Source of the DNA: Bispira polyomma
Taxonomy: Eukaryota
DNA: 64,000 bases
Assembly: GCA_965649765.1 (NCBI GenBank)
Contig: OZ287757.1
Location: 31,496,001 to 31,560,000, forward strand
Direction: 5' to 3'
The number at the start of each line of letters is the position of its first letter. Within the stretch, counting starts at the first letter, position 1. The translations under genes were made by a program, and so were the position numbers. Positions 26,673 to 39,090 of this stretch are shown piece after piece. The notes under the pieces are model-generated. The model saw only the letters and a list, made by a program, of their open reading frames with translations. It ran no database searches and was not told where the DNA came from.

Positions 26673-26927
26673 GGGGGCTGTGGTGGCCTAGTGGTTAGCA
26701 AGCATTGCGCTTCACAATCACTAGTCTCTCATCTCTCGGATCGGCTGGCGTTGGATCGACTCCCGTCGATGCCTATGTTGGAAAGGTGGTAGCTCATTAC
26801 TGTGGGCTGCTGGTTTCAGTGCAGAACCTTGATCAACTGTATGCAATGTTATCTCCAGCATTTCCAACTACCCATCCCAATATAATCTAAAAAGGTACTG
26901 GAATTAACGTTAAATATCCCAATTCAT
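26673..26927 (+). mobile_element. tRNA-derived SINE, family 1 copy c (more diverged)
   Basis: Same body; TSD TTCTTTAGC(C/A)TGTT at 26659 and 26928. Confidence 0.9.
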
Positions 26928-27269
26928 TTCTTTAGCATGTTCCTGCAGAATGGCAGATATAATGACAAACCCCACAATTTCAAGTAGTCTTCCAAGTGGA
27001 AAGATTCCTGGTCGCATGAGGTGAAATCAAACCTAGGTGTTACCCACTAACGTGGCAGTAAGACTAATGCAGTAGGGTGATATAACCTTATGGTAAAATA
27101 AAAGGACCAAAAGCTAAAAAAATATGTCTTTTGTCAAACCATATTTATCTGTATCACACGTTTACTACCTCTGTACTTCATCTGAGTGTTTACTATTACA
27201 TGTATTAGTATTTTTACTTATTTCATTAGGTTAGAACTAAACTGTATTGCATTTAAAATCTTTGAAAAA

Positions 27270-28420
27270 GAATCTTGTCACAATTTCCCCCAACAATTTC
27301 GCCGTGTGAACCTTTTTGTCCCAAACTGTAGCACATTGGGTAATGTAATCTGTCTAGTGCTGTGAAAAATCTGGGTTTTAATCAAAGGTCCACATGAAAG
27401 CTTTTTGCTATTTCAGAAGATGCCAGGGATAAATAGCCGGGTCTCTGTAAATTACCTCTTTTTCCTCTCACACAAATAACAGGACACCACAAAGGCCTAG
27501 TAAAAAGGTGAACAGTGATGTGATAAAAGGGACAGCCATGTAAATTTAATCTAGAGTTAGTTGGCGCTTGTCTCCTATTTAGCACAAGATGGGGGAGATC
27601 TTAGGGAAATGGAACCTAGTTACATAGTTAGATGTAATGTATGTCATACACGGTGTTGGGAGGCGGATGCCATTTGTTATGTGTTTTTTTTGTGCACACT
27701 AAACCTGAACCCAATCCCTAGTCACAATTTTGACTTGTGTAAATGTCCAAGGGATTTCATTTCAGTCCCTTCTCCCCTTTTTCTTTCTTTTAATTAAAAT
27801 CAAAGAAACAGGATTTACAAAACAAAAACCATCAATTGAACTGTAGAATTCATGATAAACTGTAGGACAAAGTTGTGTCACATTACTGAATAGAAAAAAA
27901 AAACATTTTGATAAGTAAAGAAAATCGGCCTTTAACCATAGGAAATAGATGCTAAGAGTCCTAAGCATTATGAAATAAATATAGTTTTATCATTTCCGTG
28001 TCAGTCAATGGTTATAAGTTTTGATATCAGAAGTTGTTTTTCTTGTGGTTGTCCATGCTAGACGTTTGGATTGTCTCAGGTAAGTCTCTCTTTAGTTTAC
28101 CACTGGCCAAAATACTAATTAAGTCTTAGACATACTATTTTTAGTGAATCTGGGACACTACTCTTTAGAAGACAGTTCCTAGAATTTTCTTAGTCACAGC
28201 CAATCAGATTATTTGGAAAAAATATTTGTAGCCAAGAAAATTGGTGGACACAAAAAAATTCAGAATAGCAGTCTTTGTGAATATACCAGCCCTGGCTCCA
28301 GATTGCTAGATATGTAACAAAATAATAGCTCTGAAGCATGCGTCTTTTGGGCGTAACACTTCTGACAAATGGCAACTAGAATGGATCATTATTATCATCT
28401 ACTATGTACTTTGTCAAACA
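27270..28420 (+). repeat. Segmental duplication, paralog at ~42730-44690
   Basis: Collinear matches, e.g. GTCACAATTTCCC at 27277/42733, AATCAAAGGTCCACATGAAA at 27380/42856 and GTGAATATACCAGCCCTGGC at 28277/44548. Confidence 0.8.
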
Positions 28421-30503
28421 ATTCAGAGCTATTTTATATTGATGTATTTTTGACATAACACCCACAGTGGCAACATAATATTAGAATAATCGATTTTAGT
28501 GTTGTGCATTAGTCATGCATAAGTCCTATGATGGCGATATTTGGCACTTTATGTATATTATATCAGAAGTTTTAAAGTTATATTTATAAACATTAATTGC
28601 ATTGCAATAGATCCAACTTAAATAACAGAGGAACATGTTTATTTGTTATACAAAAAAATACAATGAGAGATATAATGAGAGATTTGAGGCCGAGTTTTCA
28701 GAGTCAACTAAGAATCCTGAATGTAACTCGCTTGTGAAAGTGAGAAACCTGCTTTATTGGACTGTATATATTATTAATCAAATTTCAAACCCTAGGTTGT
28801 CCAATTACAGCTGACGGTATTTATTACTTCTGCAACCTATGTCTATTGGCAAGTAGTTGACACTCCTAAAATATTATTTTTCCTTCAGTTCCTCTCAGTA
28901 GGAAATTGTTATTTCAGCAAACTCCTTTGTCTACAAAATTAATATGTAAAGGGATCATTGAATGTTGGAAATAGTCTGTGGTGTGTATTTTCGTTGAATT
29001 CAACTATCTGTAACCTATTCTCTGAAAAATATCCTTCAGTTTGCGGTGATAGTTTTCTCTTGGGGTTAAAAGTGCGTAGAGTAAAAACACAAGGCACATA
29101 ATTTTTAAAAAGTCAATAAAAGATATAATACTGTGTTGTTCTAAAAATGTGTGCCAGTTCAATGTGAACCAGCCATCGTCAACAAAAGAAATTATCCTGT
29201 GCTGTTCCAGAAATGTCAGTTTTGTTAATCGTGAAGCAGTCTTAATATTTTGTATTTGTGTGCACTTATTGCCATAGGATTGCAATAATGATTGACTAAT
29301 TCATATCAAGTTTCTATCACCTCTAATTTGGTAAATGGTATGGCCCATATTTACCAATTTTAAAGATTACAACAATGATTGACCATATATAATAGGTTTC
29401 TATCATCAAAGATGGTAAGCCCAAGTTAGCCCAGTAATAACCACTTTTAAAAGTGAGCACTTTAATTAATTGAAAGAATGGTCTATTAGAACAACACTAG
29501 CTTTCTTAGAACCATATTTCATCTGGAGGGATGCTATGTTTGCAGTGTCTCGAGTACAGGAAATTGTAAGATATGTGTCTTTTTGACTTGTTGGCTCTGT
29601 GGTTTGCAAAATCGATTGTCAAAAATTATCAGTTCCCTATTGGAGGTGAAGTAGGAAATCAGCCTTATTGGAAATGGAGATGGAGAATGTGAAAATAAAA
29701 GATGCTGTTTGCGGTTTTATTTTTCTGTACATGTTAGTGGATATGTACAGATTCACATGAGAATATATTAAAATGTTATGGAATAAAAGTTTTAAAAATA
29801 AGCCCACGCAGGAGCATAACAAGCCCATGAATGCGGACATACAAAATAAAGCATAAGCACTACTATATAGTAAACCAATATATATGTGGGTAATCATGTT
29901 AAAGTAAAATTTTTAAAACAGTTACTAACACGACACCATGGTGGGACAAGCCCAATGCAATAATGACCTTCGAGCCATGCAAAAGAACATGTATAACCTT
30001 AAACCTGAAATTACTGTAGGTCATGTATACTTACTAAAATAGTTACTGATATTACACTGTTATGGGACTAGCCCAACAATTACACCATAATGACCTCGAA
30101 GTCATGAATTAAATTAGATGCAACCTTAGAATATGCCTTTGTGTGGGTATGCAGTTAACTTGCTGAAGTTGTAGCCTTACATTTGAGCAATGATCTGTAA
30201 AATACAAGTTTTATGTTCAATTGTGGGTTGTACCTAGCAGAGATAATTAGGGGCAAGGAGCCTTGGACACCCAGTCATCAAGTTTAGTAAGTATATGTCC
30301 ATGACTGTCCAGTATGGCCAAGTGATATTTGAAGTGATGTTTGTTATGCTGGCACAATGAAAGGAAGTGTGTAACACAGAAATAAAATATAGTAATAATA
30401 CTCGTTTGGTCATTTTTATTCTCATTGAACATATTAGTATGGTTAAAACATGAATATTCTACATTCTAAAACAGAGAAGAAAAAGGGCTAATGCCAAACC
30501 CAA

Positions 30504-31477
30504 TTATGTATTTTGTAGTTGTAGTTTGAAATTCATAGCCACTTTATGGGCGGCATTTGTGGATGTAAGGTATGAATATATGGCATCACTACGCCAATTT
30601 CCATGTATACGTATGTCTTGAAAAGCCACATTTGTGTTAAAAGAATATGTGGCGCCACTACGCCTGAAGCTATGAAATGTAAAGTGTGTGGGATCAAATC
30701 CTAAACTAGTAATAATTGATGCAAGTACTTGTCTAACTTTGGAAGCCAAAAGTGAAGAGTGGAAAGGAAAAGAAGGCAGAAGGAATACAGGGGGAGAAGG
30801 GGGAGCTGGAATAGCTTTAAACATAATTTTCAAGGCCTTAACAGGACACAAAATAGAGTTTTGTAAAGAAAGAATTTGGACTACTTGGAATTGGTCATAA
30901 GCCTGAAGGGTCTTAGACCACTTAATAGTAATAGTAGACCCCACTCGAGACCACTGAATATCCCCACGAGTAAGCCTCCTATCATTACACAACTCCCTGT
31001 GGGTATAAGGGACAAGATTTGAAATACAAAAGAACCCAAAGTAGGCCAACAAAAACAAAGCTTTGTAGACCACACCATTCCTCATAGAATCACATTTACA
31101 CACAATTTGTTTCAACATATCAATACCAATGACACCCTTAAACCTAGGAGCATACGGCAAATTATTTGTAACTGACTTCATGAACATTTTAACCTTGAGG
31201 TGATTCACCCCTGATAATGAAAGTCTATAAAACGTAAAATAATGTCTAATTACTGACAAATAGTTTGCCACAGTAGGTGGCTTCAAGTCATTCTGCACTA
31301 AAAACTCTAGAAAAATCATGACGTAAGCACACAAGGTGTAGTCGTGTATACCTATAAACATAGCCAATGCCAAAAATAACCTAAACTGTGCACTATATGC
31401 AGTCCTAGTTTTCTGTTTATAAGCCAACGGGACCCTCTGCAAAGCAGAGATTGCCAAAGCAGAGCCCAAGGGAGAAT
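30504..31477 (-). pseudogene. E3 tyrosine recombinase, open frame but catalytic Arg appears mutated to Cys
   Basis: 321-aa open frame without an N-terminal ATG. FFCISN where E1/E4 have FLR(I/L)SN; HSFRRSG; HGNWRSDAIYSY. Confidence 0.88.
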
Positions 31478-31483
31478 CTGAAA

Positions 31484-33613
31484 TTATATATCAGTATTTG
31501 GAATAAAAACCCGTGGGCAAATTTCCCACCAATTACAATCATAAAATTTCTCACATAATGTTAATGACACACGACCAGAAAACCAACGTGAAAGGCAATC
31601 AACGTCCTGATTGTTAGCACCATAAATGTGAGCATAATAAACTTGTATATCAAGGCTAGCTGTCAAAAGCCAAATAGAACGAGCATAAGCCATGAGTATA
31701 GAATCCCGTGAACAGCCCGAGTTCAATACAGCCACAACGGCCTCATTGTCACAATGAATTCGTATAAGTTTGCCTGTAAACAGCGAGTGCAACGTGTTAA
31801 GCATGACCCAAATATTTGCCATTTCCAAGTGCACTATAGTATACAATTCAAGGCCATTAGTTGGGTATGTAGCTGCATAAACATTAGTACCACACTTGGC
31901 CCCAACTCCTGACAAGGAGGCGTCAACATATACTTCAAAATCAATATTTTTGTGGTCGTGTATCATGACAGTACCATTAAACAAACACAGGAACTGATTA
32001 AACCATGCTAGATCTTGATGGAAGCCCTCAGAGAGGGGAATTCTATCAGTAGTGGCTGCCCGAAAACACTGCAGCATTCTATTTATAAATAATTGTGCTG
32101 GACGCACACAACGATGAACATACAATAAACGTCCCATAAGTGACTGAAAACCCCTTTTTGATGTAAATCGCCTATTTTTCCACCGACTACAACAGGTTTT
32201 AATTTCAGGTTATTTCTCAAGAGGTATTTGAACAGTACCTTTTTCAGCGTCCACAAGTATGCCCATACAGACTACTTGCCTACTAGCAGGAACTAATTTC
32301 TTGCTATTAATAGGCAAACCTAAATTATGCATTAACTGGTAAAGGGTATGATAAGCAGAGGTTGCTCGCTCAACACTTTGGACACCAATGACGTCATCGA
32401 TGTATCCTAGAATAGTGTAATTTTGAGAATGCATAGCAAAATGTAAAAAGTCCACCAATCGCTGCATTAATCCTGAGCCGTGCTTGTAGCCAAACGCTGC
32501 CGCCACGTCCACATAGAACTTATCATTCCAAGACAATCCCATGACGTCATAGCCACCAGGGTCTATTCGGAGGTTCCTGAACGTGCGACTTACGTCGATT
32601 TTATATAAATAAGCATCTTTGCCTACTCTAGCAATTTCATCAATAATGTGATCAATAGTGGGATATGTCAAACAAAAATCGTAACCGTCGTACACGTTAT
32701 CCTGAACACAACTATTTACAGAGACATTTGCTGGGTAAGAAAGATCAACAATAATACGACGTGAGTCGTTTGATTTGGGCCTAGACAATAAAGGCGAGAA
32801 ATGCATGCATTGGAATGGCTGTTTGTCGTAAGGTCCTGCCATAGCTTTATGACTGGTTTCAGTTGCAAAATAAATGTCAACGTCCCTAGGATATTTGAGA
32901 GCCGAGCTGTGATTATCTACCTGTGTATTAAATTGGAATTTTCCTCTATCCACACAAAGTGGGAAGCCAAATATCAAATACTCATATAAAATGGGGTCAG
33001 TATAATCTTTTAGCAAATCAAGCCATAAGGGCAGATTCAATTCCGAAGGGACTTTAATACGTGCTGATTTATAATTTGAAACCCCTGTTTTAGCTACGAT
33101 GGCATGAGCTTTAGCCACCCAGTCATCAAAAGAAGTGAAGGCCACTTGGGAATATGAACCAGACAAACAGTAATTACTAGGGCATGCTCGAATAAACCCA
33201 AAATGTTGGGTGTAGCGAGATTTAACACCAAGGGTGTATATAGGTAGAGTATCGGCCTGAGAAGAAGCACGTGTTTCAATACTTGTGACACTAAGGTCTA
33301 TATTTGGTAACGTGGAACTTACATCTACAGGGACACTTGATATATCGGAACTGATATTATTATCATTCACTATGAAACCATCAGCAACCTTTTGCATAGG
33401 TACACGAATTTGCTCAGTAATTTTATCCACATTACTATTACCATTAAAACTACTTGTACAAAATTTTGAATTAACAAAAACCCGAGAATGAACATATTTT
33501 GGCTGTTTATGTCCATGATTTTTAGTTTCTTGGAATTTTCCAATAAAAACAGAACCCTTTTTAGCAGTAAATATTTGTGTACGCCTATGCAAGTTTACTG
33601 TTTGGTAACCTCA
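31484..33613 (-). pseudogene. E3 pol (RT + RNase H), interrupted near 32210
   Basis: ORF 32210-33592 has KIDVSRTFR and YIDD; ORF 31484-32137 has DAS / LEM / CDN. Confidence 0.92.
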
Positions 33614-34799
33614 TTTTTTGGAGGTCTAACTTCTTTAATTTTTCTCAAGCAAGTACTCTCACTATGACCAAAAAATTTCTTGGTTATACCATGACAATAT
33701 GCACACCCATGCTTATGGAGTTCATTTCTTTCCACATGATCTGATTTCTGATGGCATTGACCCTTATTGTAGTTACGACAAGGTACAGCTGTAAGAGACT
33801 GAGCGGCTTTCAATTTTGAAGCAGTGTTTGAAGGGTAAACTACTCTTTGAGTATACCTATCTTTGAAATATCTTGAAATATCCTTCTCCATTTCTTGAAG
33901 TAAAATTTTGTGGGCTGTTTTAGCAGTAAACCAGCTCGTATCTTGACCATCCTGAAGTAACTAATGGCCATACCTTAACATATTCTGCTGAACTACAGCA
34001 TTTTGCTCTTGCAGAACACAACCCATAAAACCCTGACAAAATTGTACTGAGGTAAGCTCATCATATACAGGAGATTCCCTATCAGGTCCTAAACCAAACT
34101 CGTGAGGCCAATTTATACTAACTTTAGCAAAAGTGTCTCCTACTCTATACAACCCAGATTTAATCTTTTTACCTTGCACCCCATCGAAGTGGTCATGTCT
34201 GTCTGCTAAATCTAGTTGTGTCAAATGTCTATTAACTTCTGTCTGGATGGGCTGGTTTTCCCTCTGGAAGCTCATGGTAGGGATGATCCCGCGCTCCAGT
34301 TTGTCGAGTTCTGCATGGTAGTCTCTGGCAGGAGTAGGACGAACAGCTCTGGCTTCGGTAGTTGCAGTGGACGGCACATACCCAGTCCTCTGGGTAGTGA
34401 CAGGAACAGCCGTGGCAGCTCGGGTGGTAGTTGCAGACCCAGGTACAGCAGAAGTTCTAGCAGATAGGAAAAGATCCATATCTTTCTCTCTATCTTGTTT
34501 CAGTTGTTGGACCTGACCCTCGAGCTTCTGTAAATGAGCCATTATCTGATCCAACTTGTCTACCTGAGCCCTATTATCTGACCCTTGGTCCAACGCCACG
34601 GTACTAGCTTCACCAGAGCTCTCCTCTCGCTGTGGCTGGCCTGGAGGTATCTGTGTATCAGTGAACATTTCAGCCTCAGCCATATTGCCTAAGTTTGTCC
34701 TGACAGCAAACCGACAACCGTCACCAACTGGCTTGTCGTGTTTGACTAAACAGTGGTTACAAAAAGCAGATTTTTCCTTACCTTACCAGGTGGAATCAT
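33595..34799 (-). pseudogene. E3 gag-like ORF (in-frame stop at 33961; frameshift near the start)
   Basis: The frame upstream of ATG 34683 encodes CNHCLVKHDKPVGDGC, the same knuckle as E1/E4. A 5-bp duplication (GTAAG x2, ~34777-34786) disconnects it from ATG 34799. C-terminal CRNYNKGQC..H..HGCAYC..H....C. Confidence 0.85.
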
Positions 34800-34972
34800 G
34801 ACCTAACTCGTTCCACCACTCTACTGGTCACAATTCTACCTGTACACCACAAGGCTTTACTGGAATGTCACACACACCACCCTGTACCAGATCACAACGT
34901 ATTCAATAGGTAACAACAAATTGCCACAACATACACTATCTCAGCGTTGGTCACACACGTTCACTATAGCCA

Positions 34973-35087
34973 ACACATGAAACTGCTTCCAGTTTCTATA
35001 CAAATGTTTGTCCCAGCTAATAACACATGAAACTGCTTCCAGTTTCTAAAACCAATGGTACACCCACACGAAACTGCTTCCAGTTTC
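34973..35087. repeat. Three copies of the hairpin GAAACTG-CTTC-CAGTTTC in the E3 5' leader
   Basis: Exact 18-mers at 34979, 35029 and 35070. Confidence 0.9.
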
Positions 35088-38000
35088 TTACTACTATGGT
35101 TGTCCGTTCATTTGGCCACCCTCAGTAACTAAGAGGGACTAAAAGACTAAAACCCACTGCAGCGTAACCCAGGATTGCAGTGTTTTTGTCCACTTAACAC
35201 AAGTTTGTCCATCACCAGTTTATCCGTACCGTGTTAAGTCTGACACAGCACTTCTACCTTGTCCGCCCAGTGCTATGAATGGCAAAGTGATTAAGTTGTG
35301 ATGCCCCAAACCAACGAAACTACTGGCAGCACAACATTAATCAAATGCAAAGAGTGCATACAGTGTAGGGGTTTATATAGACACCATGAGGAGTGAGGGG
35401 AGTGGAAAAGTTTGGGGAAAAGTGAAGAGTCACAAGATACATTAATTGAACAGTCTAGAGCTAAATTTCCTCCCAGAGCAAAGAAAAGAGGTTGAACTGT
35501 CTGGGAGTGTGGACTTTGGGCCCCCAAAGTGAGGCGACCAGCAGAGAACCCAGCATGTTGAACTGTCTGAAATGTGTGAACTTTTTACCCCCAAACTTGA
35601 GGTGCCTATATGGAAACCCAGAAGGGACCTAAGTGTGAACAGAGTGAACATGATTGAACATAAGTGAACAACTTGCATTAGGTTATAACTTGCACAGCTG
35701 ACTGAACCTGCACGCACAGCACCCATACCATATTCGCCTAGCAGTGGGGAGTCCAACCTCTTAGAGCCCTTATTCCACCCTGGCTCCCTAAACGTGATAC
35801 TCAGGGGAGAGATAAGAAGGAAGGACCCCACCACCACACGGCACCAAACCCGAATTTCCCTACAAACAACAGTGTTAAGCAACTGAGTTTCCCTAATGAA
35901 TTTTATGAAGTTTATGTGCCTTACACAAGGTGGAAGGGGAGGGTGGATGGATTTGCTTATTCACGTGTTTACCCTTGTCTTGCTGGGTTTAAAATGGAAG
36001 AATATATGTGCGGGGACCACACAAGCTAATTCAGCAAGGTGTGTTATATGGTGATTGGTCAGTATTGGCTTCCTGATGGACAGAGTGTGGAACAAGAATA
36101 GTTTTTTTTAAATGTGTTTTTGGAACTGACACAGCAGCCTCCTAAAGTAGGCTTGCTAGTCACAGTACAGGAAATTGCCTTTTCTTCAGCTTCACTTCAA
36201 CAGTAAGATATGTGTCTTTTTGACTTGTTGGCTCTGTGATTTGCAAAATCGATTGTCAAAAATGATTACTGTTTTCTCCAGATTCAGCAATATTTCAAAA
36301 ATTTTATTGGGTAAAAAACTTATTATTGTTGATATATTGATTAACTAGCAAAGATTGGTTTCAAAATTGTTATCTCTTTCGGGTCATAGTTTTACACATT
36401 TATACTTTATCTGTAAATTAAAATGAATATTCAAGTATGTTTAGGACTTCATGTGTGTCCTAGACCTTTTCAGCGTCACCACAGTCATGATCCCTGTATA
36501 TAAAATGACTATATGAAAATTATGTTCCTGTCTTGTGCGTCTTATAATCCACTATTATGGAGATTAAGCGTCACAAAAGTTTACGCAAATTGCCATCTTT
36601 GGCTTCTTTTGTAAAGTAATGTCTGTGGTGTTCAATTTCTAATCACTGGCTTCTCATCAACATCCTATTTGTTCCTTCATCTAGGAAAAATTGTCAGACA
36701 CTTGCCGGACATTGTTGGTTTACAATGCTTCAGCGAGATATATGATCTAATCTGTTAAAAGTGACACAAAACAAAATTACATTTGTTACAATCTTTAGAG
36801 CAAAAATTATTTAATTACACAGTGTTACTGAAAAGTTTACAAAAAGAATTACAATTCCCTAGAAACAAATGACTGAGGGCAGAATGAAAAAGTAAATCTA
36901 CGTATAAAGTGAGGTCAGACTGATTGACGAGCTGGTATTGAGTCCAATGTAATTATTAACTTAGTAAAGAGTAACTTAGTAGAGAATATATTATGTAAAA
37001 GAAGTAATATATGTTTTCTATTTTAGAAAACTACCCAATCAGTCTCACTGTTTTTTGTCATTTATGGAAAATGGGTCCTGTTTACGAGATGCTTCTGAGA
37101 ATAACCAATATATTCTAAAATATTTATTGATACCTTTATTTAAAGCAATGCAATACCTTTGCAAATATAGTTCTTCCTTTTCATATTCTAACAATATACA
37201 ACGCAATATTATACAACTACAAACAATGGAAATCATACAATAGAATATTAGAATTAAAACTCGTAACTTTACCAAAAAAAATAAATTAAAAAGGTACATT
37301 ACTATTACATAATTAAACAGTTCTCTAAATATTCATGTGTACTTAAACGGGATACAAGTGCAGCTAACATGGTGCACAAAAAAACTAATTTTCATGTTTT
37401 TCGGTGCTAGATTCTGGGCTGCCATGATTTTTATTCTAAACTGCTAAAAGTGACATAAAACCTAACTAAATTCCAAATAATTTTCGTGGTACTCATTATG
37501 GCCAAAATAATTTGATGAATATCACCAAACCTACTGCAAAACGTATGTAATTTACTGCTAGTGTTGCTTCATGTTACCTAAATACTTCGGAAAAGATTCT
37601 TTTTGAGACCCAAAACACTAAATATGAACAAAAAATTACCACTGTCTACTGACATTTTCAAATGGATTTGTCAGCTTGACACATAACACACAGGGACCGT
37701 CGAGCTAAACATAGTATGACGTGGGAGACTGGATACTGTACTCCTTCTATTTTTGCCATCTTTTCTAAAGAAGCTCAAGCATAAACTCAGCTTATACTTA
37801 TGTAAAGGCTACGTCAAAACTTATTAACATCACAATAACTCATGCTTGTGACTACTCATGTAAATAGACCTGTCAGCACTGAATGCTAATGTGTGGTCAG
37901 CTTATACTTATCTTCTTCTAATCTTATCTTAACATTTGAGCTCGGATATGAGGGGTTTTTGGTTAAGATTATGGCTGCCGGTTATGATCTCACACTAAAA

Positions 38001-38518
38001 CCAAAACACTTAGAGTTATATAAGCACAGAACATAGACACGTATTTGAATAAGAATTAAAATAAATATTCAATAAACATTACAATACCTGCTGTGTTGTG
38101 ATCTCAGAACAGTTTATACAATGATGAACAGTAATTAAGCAAACACTAATTACCATTTTTTAAGATGCTACACCTACTGGGGACTAAAAGTATCTATAAT
38201 ATTAATAGGCAAGTCTGTTTAAGAGCTTGCAGGCTGCTATTTTTTGGTACTGTTGGAAATCTTGGAATTCCAAAGCGATTAATCCAGGGCGGTTTTAGTA
38301 AATTAAAATCATAGCTTCATAGCTTCATAGCTATTAAATTCATAGCTTCAAATATAAGCACTTTTCTTCTTTACAATTGCCATTTACGACTTTGACTATT
38401 GTTACTTGTCACTGCAACACCATTGTATAAGTCTTCAGTAAGCGATCTTTTACAAGTGAGCATTTCATCTAATAATGTGATCTACTGGCAATGACCATTT
38501 TTGGGGTTTACCAAGAAA

Positions 38519-38669
38519 TTTAAGTTTAGGGTTTTACGTCCTTTTCAACAGCCAGGGTCATATTGGGACAGTCCCACAGCATTAGTCACTTGTGGAAGGC
38601 AAACCCACACAGAGATGACAGCCTGTGATTAGATGTCAAACTTCCTAACCACTCGGCCACTGAGGACCC
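38519..38669 (-). mobile_element. Short tRNA-derived SINE, family 2
   Basis: Minus strand starts GGTCCTCAGTGGCCGAGTGGTTAGG (A box) and ends GGACGTAAAACCC. TSD GG(G/T)TTTACCAAGAAA at 38504 and 38672. Absent from the paralogs at 55930 and 62920. Confidence 0.8.
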
Positions 38670-38967
38670 AGGGTTTTACCAAGAAACCAGGATTTTATTG
38701 GTTCAATCAAGGTCATGTGACAAAGTTGTAAATCAAAATACTGACTCAGATGAACTTACTTGTTTATTTAATTTGGATTATTTAGAATAATATACTTTTA
38801 TAGTACAGATATTCACATCCTCAAACCTGATGACCTTAAAAGGTTGCTAAAAGACAGTCCAAAACTAAGGTTAAGTAAAGATTGATAAGCTTACAGGGAA
38901 GTTTACGGTGTATTTTAAACAATCCTTTACAAGGAAAAAAATATTGAATACCCGAAAGGCTTCCTAC

Positions 38968-39090
38968 GTAGGAGAAAGTTTGTCCGGTACTTTTCATCAA
39001 TCGGTGGTTTCCAGTACAGCACATCGTAGTGGTTTCCTCCACCAATAAATCTGGCCATCATCATATGACCTAAACAATGTTCAAAATAGT
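38968..39090 (+). mobile_element. Old SINE core fragment (Meta/MESC-like)
   Basis: GAAAGTTTGTC...TCGGTGGTTT...GGTTTCCTCCACCAATAAA resembles, from memory, the conserved core of invertebrate Meta-type SINEs; not verified by search. Confidence 0.4.

Larger units (their letters stand above)
29630..36158 (-). mobile_element. YR retrotransposon E3 (few lesions)
   Basis: gag, RT, RNase H and YR on the minus strand. Termini TAGCAAGC...AGGGAACTG resemble those of E2. Interrupts the duplicated host unit (empty paralogs near 54130-54230 and 61155-61255). Confidence 0.92.

Noticed and set aside
29940-29960. Twister ribozyme (GGGACAAGCCC)
   Set aside because: It lies antisense to the element and the remaining twister pairings were not found.
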